This document shows positions 59,331 to 64,000 of a stretch of 64,000 nucleotides of DNA, in pieces (the first letter of the stretch is position 1; every line of letters starts with the position of its first letter). The stretch is from Candidatus Nomurabacteria bacterium (GTDB taxonomy: Bacteria; Patescibacteriota; Minisyncoccia; Phycocordibacterales; UBA5272): the NCBI GenBank assembly GCA_037134695.1, contig JBAXLU010000001.1, positions 11,551-75,550 on the forward strand. Direction: 5' to 3'. Both the position numbers and the translations under genes were made by a program. The notes beneath the pieces are model-generated. The model was not told the DNA's origin. It saw only the letters and a list, made by a program, of their open reading frames with translations, and did no database searches.

Positions 59331-59828
59331 ATGTTCAAAAAACAGTCTAAAGTTCTAAAACAAGGCTCAAAGACCTTGGCACAAAAAATTAGTAAAATTT
59401 CTCCAAATAAAAAACAGCTTCCAGATCATCATTTCAAGATTGTTAAGGTTAAGCGTGGATTAGATGGAATGGGATTATTTGCTGGAGAAGATATTAAAAA
59501 AGGGGAGATGATAATTGAATATATTGGTAATATCATAACCACAAAAGAGGCTAATGATATGACAGAGAATCAGTATCTTTTTGAAATAAATACGAGAAAG
59601 ACAATTGATGGATCACCAAAATGGAATATCGCACGTTATTGTAACCATGCATGTGGAGATGATGCAAATGCCGAGAGTGATATAAAGAAGGGAAGAGTTT
59701 TTGTAATCGCTACTAAAGAAATAAAAAAAGGAGAAGAAATTGTTTATGATTATGGAGAAGAATTTGTTAAAGAACACATCGCACCGAGTGGATGTAGATG
59801 TAGAGCAATTAAACATCATTATGTTTAA
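59331..59828 (+). CDS. SET-domain protein (putative protein-lysine methyltransferase)
   Basis: likely start MFKKQSK at 59331 (ORF-track start 59157 overlaps valS); GMGLFAGEDIKKGEMIIEYIG, ARYCNHACGDDANAE (NHxC), EEIVYDYG, Cys-rich post-SET GCRCRAIKHH. Confidence 0.6.
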   Translation: MFKKQSKVLKQGSKTLAQKISKISPNKKQLPDHHFKIVKVKRGLDGMGLFAGEDIKKGEMIIEYIGNIITTKEANDMTENQYLFEINTRKTIDGSPKWNIARYCNHACGDDANAESDIKKGRVFVIATKEIKKGEEIVYDYGEEFVKEHIAPSGCRCRAIKHHYV

Positions 59829-59898
59829 TTGCAGACAGTAGATTTTAGAAATCACCGCTGAGTGGGATAAATTAGATTTTAGATTAGATACAAATACA

Positions 59899-59936
59899 AC
59901 AAGAGTGGCACCTACGGTGCCACTCTTGTTGTATTT
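59899..59936 (+). terminator. intrinsic terminator after the SET gene
   Basis: ACAAGAGTGGCACC-TAC-GGTGCCACTCTTGT then TGTATTT. Confidence 0.7.
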
Positions 59937-60185
59937 AAAGTCTTTTTTAGTGTTTAATCTAACATCTAAAATCTAATGTCTAAAGTCTGTTCTTGCCAAT
60001 GCTTCGCATTTGCATTTAGTAGAAAAATAAAAATTTTAAAATAAAAAAGTTATCCACAAGTAAAAAATATTTTTTGCTTGTATGTATATGTATGAGTGTC
60101 ATACTTAGTGTATCGAGAGTAATGATCGCGGTCGTGATCAAAAAAATTACAAGTACTCTCTGATTTGTATAATAAAAATATTTTT

Positions 60186-60287
60186 ATGGCAGCAAAAAAG
60201 AAAGCGGTAAAGAAGGTAGCCAAGAAGGCAGTAAAGAAGGCAGCCCCAAAGAAGAAAGCCGCAAAGAAGTCAGCAAAGCGCGCATAG
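60186..60287 (+). CDS. possible 33-aa Lys/Ala-rich basic protein (histone-H1-like)
   Basis: MAAKKKAVKKVAKKAVKKAAPKKKAAKKSAKRA; followed by terminator AAAGCATCCA-CTCCCA-TGGATGCTTT + T9 (60308-60348); not in ORF track (<60 aa). Confidence 0.4.
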   Translation: MAAKKKAVKKVAKKAVKKAAPKKKAAKKSAKRA

Positions 60288-60643
60288 TCGCATTTGTGAA
60301 CTTAGAGAAAGCATCCACTCCCATGGATGCTTTTTCTTTTTTTTTATTCCAAAACTATTTCATTTACTGCGTTAGGAAAAGTTTTTACTCCTGGTTGTAC
60401 GTCTTGTACATCTTAGTCGTAAAAACTTTCTCTGCCTTGTATCTAAAACAGTTTTGGAACAAAAATATTGATTAAAAAACTATTCCATCCCAGCCAGAGG
60501 CTGGTCAGCCTCTGGCTGATACTTTTTGTCGTTACGAAATTTTTGTCAGTCAATGTAGGTCTACTACATCTCCATCTAAAAATTTCTAGACTCCTCGTAT
60601 CTGAAACAATTTTTTGCCAAAGAGGCTTCTTCACCAAAGATGA

Positions 60644-61249
60644 CTACCTCTCTATTTTTTCTATTATAGTATTTAGATCTTCGTCCTTTTCAAAATCTAA
60701 ATTTTCTCTTTCTACTATTATTAATTTAACAGAAGGTGATGCAAGATTAATAATTTCTTCATATTTTTTCTGCAATGGCGCAATCTGTGACTCATAAAAT
60801 CCTTCAGCTTTATCAAAATCTCTGTCATCAATTTCTAAAAATTTCTTAGTTCCTTCTTCTGTGTTTTTTAAATAAATTATAATATCTGGCCAAATGTTGT
60901 TTTTACGGTCTATTCTGGTTAAATCATTTATAACTTCTTTATCGTCTCCATCAAGCAACATGTCGACATACATTTGATAGTCTATCCAAAAAGTATCAAG
61001 CACAGAGCCTTTGCCTTGTTTTTTTAAATCTAAAGCATTTAAAAAATTATTAAGTTGTTTATTTCTAAACCATATAGTTCGACGTAAACCATTTGTATTA
61101 TTTTTTATATCTTCTTTGATAAAAGTTGGGAAGTCACCATTTTCTCCCTCAAGAAGAGTTTCATAGTTTAATTTTTTAGCGAGTTTCTTAACAAGAAAAC
61201 TTTTCCCACTTCTTTGTGCACCTATTATGGCTATAATTTTTGGTTCCAT
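60644..61249 (-). CDS. P-loop kinase, deoxynucleoside-kinase-like
   Basis: 201-aa ORF; Walker A IIGAQRSGKSFL; lid-like DRKNNIWPD; overall dNK/dCK-like layout. Confidence 0.45.
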   Translation of the reverse strand: MEPKIIAIIGAQRSGKSFLVKKLAKKLNYETLLEGENGDFPTFIKEDIKNNTNGLRRTIWFRNKQLNNFLNALDLKKQGKGSVLDTFWIDYQMYVDMLLDGDDKEVINDLTRIDRKNNIWPDIIIYLKNTEEGTKKFLEIDDRDFDKAEGFYESQIAPLQKKYEEIINLASPSVKLIIVERENLDFEKDEDLNTIIEKIER

Positions 61250-61251
61250 GT

Positions 61252-62208
61252 TTATTTCTTCTCTCTTAATTCTTTACTTAATGATTTCAAATCAAAGAGG
61301 CCATTTAAATCTCTTACAACATAATCAGGTAAATACATACTTAAACGCTCTTGTTCTATTTGTCCACGAGCAATAGCTATAGTTTTTACTCCCTCTACTT
61401 TTTGGGCGTCTTTAATATCACTTGGTAAATCTCCAATCATAATAGTTCTCCCTTGGTCTCCTTCATCAGCAATTAACTGTATCATTTTTGTTTTACCGTG
61501 AGATTCTGCATGTATATTTTTTTCATCAAAATATTCAGTAAGGCCGTATTTAATTAGATTCTCTTTTACTTGTTCTGGTGAACTAGCAGAGACTATATGT
61601 AATTTTAGTTTTGGATTATCTATTTTTGCTGCTCTTAATCTATCTAATACTTCTTTAACTTCTGGATAAAAATTTGCCTGAGTATGATGTTCTTTATCTA
61701 TCTTTGCTTGAAGATCCCTAAAGTCTTTTTTGAAAGTTTCTTCTCCTTTGTGTTCCATGGCCAAACCTAGTTTTTTATTATGATCTGGTATTATACCGAA
61801 TCTCTTGTAATAATCTTGGTAAGGTGCTTGATATGCATTGGCTATTTCTTCAATTGTCTGCGGTACAGAGACTCCTTTCTCGGCTTCTTTTTCGATAGTC
61901 AGTTTGACTGCCGTATATATAGAATGAGTGGTGTCATACAGAACACCATCAAAATCAAAGATTATATTATCGAAAAGAGTAGTTATTGGTCCTTCAGGAG
62001 ATTCTCCTTTAATAAAAGAATCTATTCTTTCTTTATAAAGCTTTGCATCATTTAAATCTACGGGTTGAATAGTTCCGTGTATTCCACCCTGTCCTTCCAT
62101 TATAGAAAGTAGATATTTAAAATCTTCACGGTCTTCTAAATCTTGTTCTGTTAATTTTGCCACTTCAGGAGTTGGCATTTGTGGTGCTCCAGGTTGTTTC
62201 ATTTGCAT
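61252..62208 (-). CDS. HAD-superfamily hydrolase with N-terminal extension
   Basis: 318-aa ORF; motif I IIFDFDGVLYDT, motif IV MIGDLPSDIKDA. Confidence 0.65.
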   Translation of the reverse strand: MQMKQPGAPQMPTPEVAKLTEQDLEDREDFKYLLSIMEGQGGIHGTIQPVDLNDAKLYKERIDSFIKGESPEGPITTLFDNIIFDFDGVLYDTTHSIYTAVKLTIEKEAEKGVSVPQTIEEIANAYQAPYQDYYKRFGIIPDHNKKLGLAMEHKGEETFKKDFRDLQAKIDKEHHTQANFYPEVKEVLDRLRAAKIDNPKLKLHIVSASSPEQVKENLIKYGLTEYFDEKNIHAESHGKTKMIQLIADEGDQGRTIMIGDLPSDIKDAQKVEGVKTIAIARGQIEQERLSMYLPDYVVRDLNGLFDLKSLSKELREKK

Positions 62209-62317
62209 AATGTGAGTATATCAATCATTTGTTTTTAATAGAAACAGGGGATAGAAGCAATTGACATTATACCCCTAGGGGGTATAATGGATACATTAAT
62301 AAATTAAATGCAATCCA

Positions 62318-62575
62318 ATGATGTATTATTATAACGATTTCACACCTTATCATATGTTTGGTTTTGGTTCTATAGTTATGGTTTTATTTTGGTGTTTCTG
62401 TTTATGGGCTTTATTTTCATTTTTTAGACATGGAAAATGTGCGGGTGGACATTGCGGGCGACATAATTCTATGGATAGTAAGCAAGGAGATGCAATAAAT
62501 TTTCTTAAAGAACGTTATGCAAGAGGAGAAATTACAAAAGCAGAGTTTACTTCAATGAAGAAAGATCTGGAATAG
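62318..62575 (+). CDS. SHOCT-domain small membrane protein
   Basis: 85-aa ORF; TM helix then C-terminal KERYARGEITKAEFTSMKKDLE typical of SHOCT. Confidence 0.5.
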   Translation: MMYYYNDFTPYHMFGFGSIVMVLFWCFCLWALFSFFRHGKCAGGHCGRHNSMDSKQGDAINFLKERYARGEITKAEFTSMKKDLE

Positions 62576-62703
62576 ACATTAGATTTCAGATTACACAACT
62601 ACAACACTGGATTCCAACTTTCGTTGGAATGACACGTATCTTCTGGAAACTTAATTTTTTTACTCCTAACCTCTAACTCCTAACCCCTAACTAATTTAAA
62701 AAC

Positions 62704-62967
62704 ATGAAACCATTAAATACAAAATTACTCCGTCGACTTAAAATTATAGAAGGCCAAGTGCGTGGATTACAAGAAATGGTGACTAATGATGTTTATTGCA
62801 TTGATATCATTACTCAAACCTCAGCTGTTAAACAAGCACTTTCTGGTGTAGAAGATGCTCTTATGGAAAGTCATTTAGGAACTTGCCTTGTTCATCAAAT
62901 TAAAAAAGGAAAAGAAAGTAAGGCAGTAGAGGAAATGTTGAAAGTCTACAGATTGAAAAGACGATAA
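62704..62967 (+). CDS. csoR: CsoR/RcnR-family metal-sensing transcriptional repressor
   Basis: 87-aa ORF; LLRRLKIIEGQVRGLQEMV, conserved C (YCID) and H/C (HLGTCLVHQ) ligand positions. Confidence 0.7.
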   Translation: MKPLNTKLLRRLKIIEGQVRGLQEMVTNDVYCIDIITQTSAVKQALSGVEDALMESHLGTCLVHQIKKGKESKAVEEMLKVYRLKRR

Positions 62968-63125
62968 TAATTGTTTTAGTATTTTGTGTCATTCCAAACT
63001 TGATTTGGGATCCAGGTTTAAGACACTGGATTCCCATTTTCATGGGAATGACAATACGGGAGAAGAATTACATTAAGTGTTGTATTAAATAAAAACTATA
63101 AAATATAAAAATTAATTTTAAATAT

Positions 63126-63686
63126 ATGACAAAAATTTCAATTTATTTAGCAAGTGCTTTAATTATAATCACAGGAATTATGGGTATTGCTGTCGGTTAT
63201 ATTCTTACACCATCATATTCTTTAAATATGTATGACAAAAATGTTATGGATTTAGGTCGTGCTGATAAATGGATAGATTTAAGATATGTAAATGCCATGA
63301 TATCTCATCATAGAGGAGCAATGTTGCTTGCAGAACAAGCACAAAAAAGTGAGCGTGTAGAAGTGCAGAATCTTGCAAAAGATATATTAAAAAATGAACC
63401 AGCTGCAATTGCTGAATTATACGCTTCCAAAAAAGCTTGGTATAACGATACAAAAAATGTTGCTGATCCAATAGGACCGAAGCTTGGTGTTTATGATGAA
63501 AAACTTGACCTTCGTTTTCTAAATGCATTAATTGCTCATCATCAAAATGGAATTATTATGACTAAAGATATTAGAACAAAATCTAGTCGATTAGAAGTTT
63601 TGAATAATGCAGATGCAGTGGAGGCATTTCTTAATGGGGGTATAAATATGTTATCTGAATGGAGAAAGAATTGGTATAACATTTAA
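63126..63686 (+). CDS. DUF305-family (ferritin-like, copper-associated) protein
   Basis: 186-aa ORF; TM anchor then duplicated FLN(A)MISHHRGAMLLAEQ / FLNALIAHHQNGIIMTKD halves. Confidence 0.6.
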   Translation: MTKISIYLASALIIITGIMGIAVGYILTPSYSLNMYDKNVMDLGRADKWIDLRYVNAMISHHRGAMLLAEQAQKSERVEVQNLAKDILKNEPAAIAELYASKKAWYNDTKNVADPIGPKLGVYDEKLDLRFLNALIAHHQNGIIMTKDIRTKSSRLEVLNNADAVEAFLNGGINMLSEWRKNWYNI

Positions 63687-63690
63687 AAAC

Positions 63691-64000
63691 ATGACTACAA
63701 AAACTTTTACTGTTAACGGAATGCACTGTGCGAGCTGTTCCGCGATTATTACAAAAAAACTTTCTAAATTAGACGGTGTTGATAATATATCTGTTAATTT
63801 TGCAACTGAAAAGGCAAATGTTAGTTTTGATTCTGGAAAAGTAAATTTAGAGACAATGAATAATGAAATAGGTAAGCTTGGTTATAATTTATCTTCCTCT
63901 TATGAAATGATGGATCCTAATATGAAAATGGAAGGTATGGATCATAGTGAACATTTAGGATTATTAGTATCTAAAGATACAAAAGAAAGAGAATTAGAAG
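63691..64000 (+). CDS. copA: copper-translocating P-type ATPase, N-terminal HMA domain (partial, runs off window)
   Basis: MTTKTFTVNGMHCASCSAIITKKLSKLDGV heavy-metal-associated GMxCxxC domain; downstream of csoR. Confidence 0.7.
   Translation, partial: MTTKTFTVNGMHCASCSAIITKKLSKLDGVDNISVNFATEKANVSFDSGKVNLETMNNEIGKLGYNLSSSYEMMDPNMKMEGMDHSEHLGLLVSKDTKERELE

Noticed and set aside
60443-60797. ORFs 60443-60637(-) and 60468-60797(+)
   Set aside because: They run through an E-family repeat copy and the 3' end of the kinase gene. Repeat-induced open frames with no coding signature.

Overview
This 64-kb window is AT-rich (roughly mid-30s % GC by eye), uses the standard genetic code and is densely packed with short, mostly co-directional genes. 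It reads like a streamlined small-genome bacterium, possibly CPR/Patescibacteria-like; that placement is inference from gene content only. What the genes are: an envelope glycosylation cluster (UDP-sugar epimerase, polyprenyl-phosphate sugar phosphotransferase, GT4, GT2); many translation genes (rplY, rpmE, prfA, rpsB, tsf, pheS, pheT, thrS, valS, typA, lepA); murC, murD and murJ; gyrB; an anaerobic nrdD-nrdG-iscS-iscU-flavoreductase block; a lemA-TPM pair; htpX; a DinJ/YafQ-like toxin-antitoxin pair; two hemerythrin paralogs; a SET-domain protein; a csoR-DUF305-copA(partial) copper cluster; and five to six tRNA genes. I found no rRNA, CRISPR array, transposase or integrase. What is unusual is the non-coding and repeat architecture, in four points. 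(1) Every tRNA locus in the window carries duplicated tRNA fragments, and two tRNAs (Thr and Phe) are each followed by a conserved ~135-nt element with two covarying hairpins. (2) At least four families of short dispersed repeats are present. Several copies sit in frame inside essential genes (pheS, pheT, gyrB, rplY, tag, iscS), in a Rickettsia-palindromic-element-like manner. (3) The nrdDG-iscSU block is bracketed by 62-bp inverted repeats. (4) A ~520-bp direct duplication carrying a hemerythrin gene and its terminator flanks a SLOG/DprA-like gene. The most interesting candidate is the tRNA-3'-adjacent structured element family, which may be a previously undescribed non-coding RNA or attachment-site module. 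All coordinates are read off the sequence by hand and may be off by a few nucleotides for RNA and repeat features.
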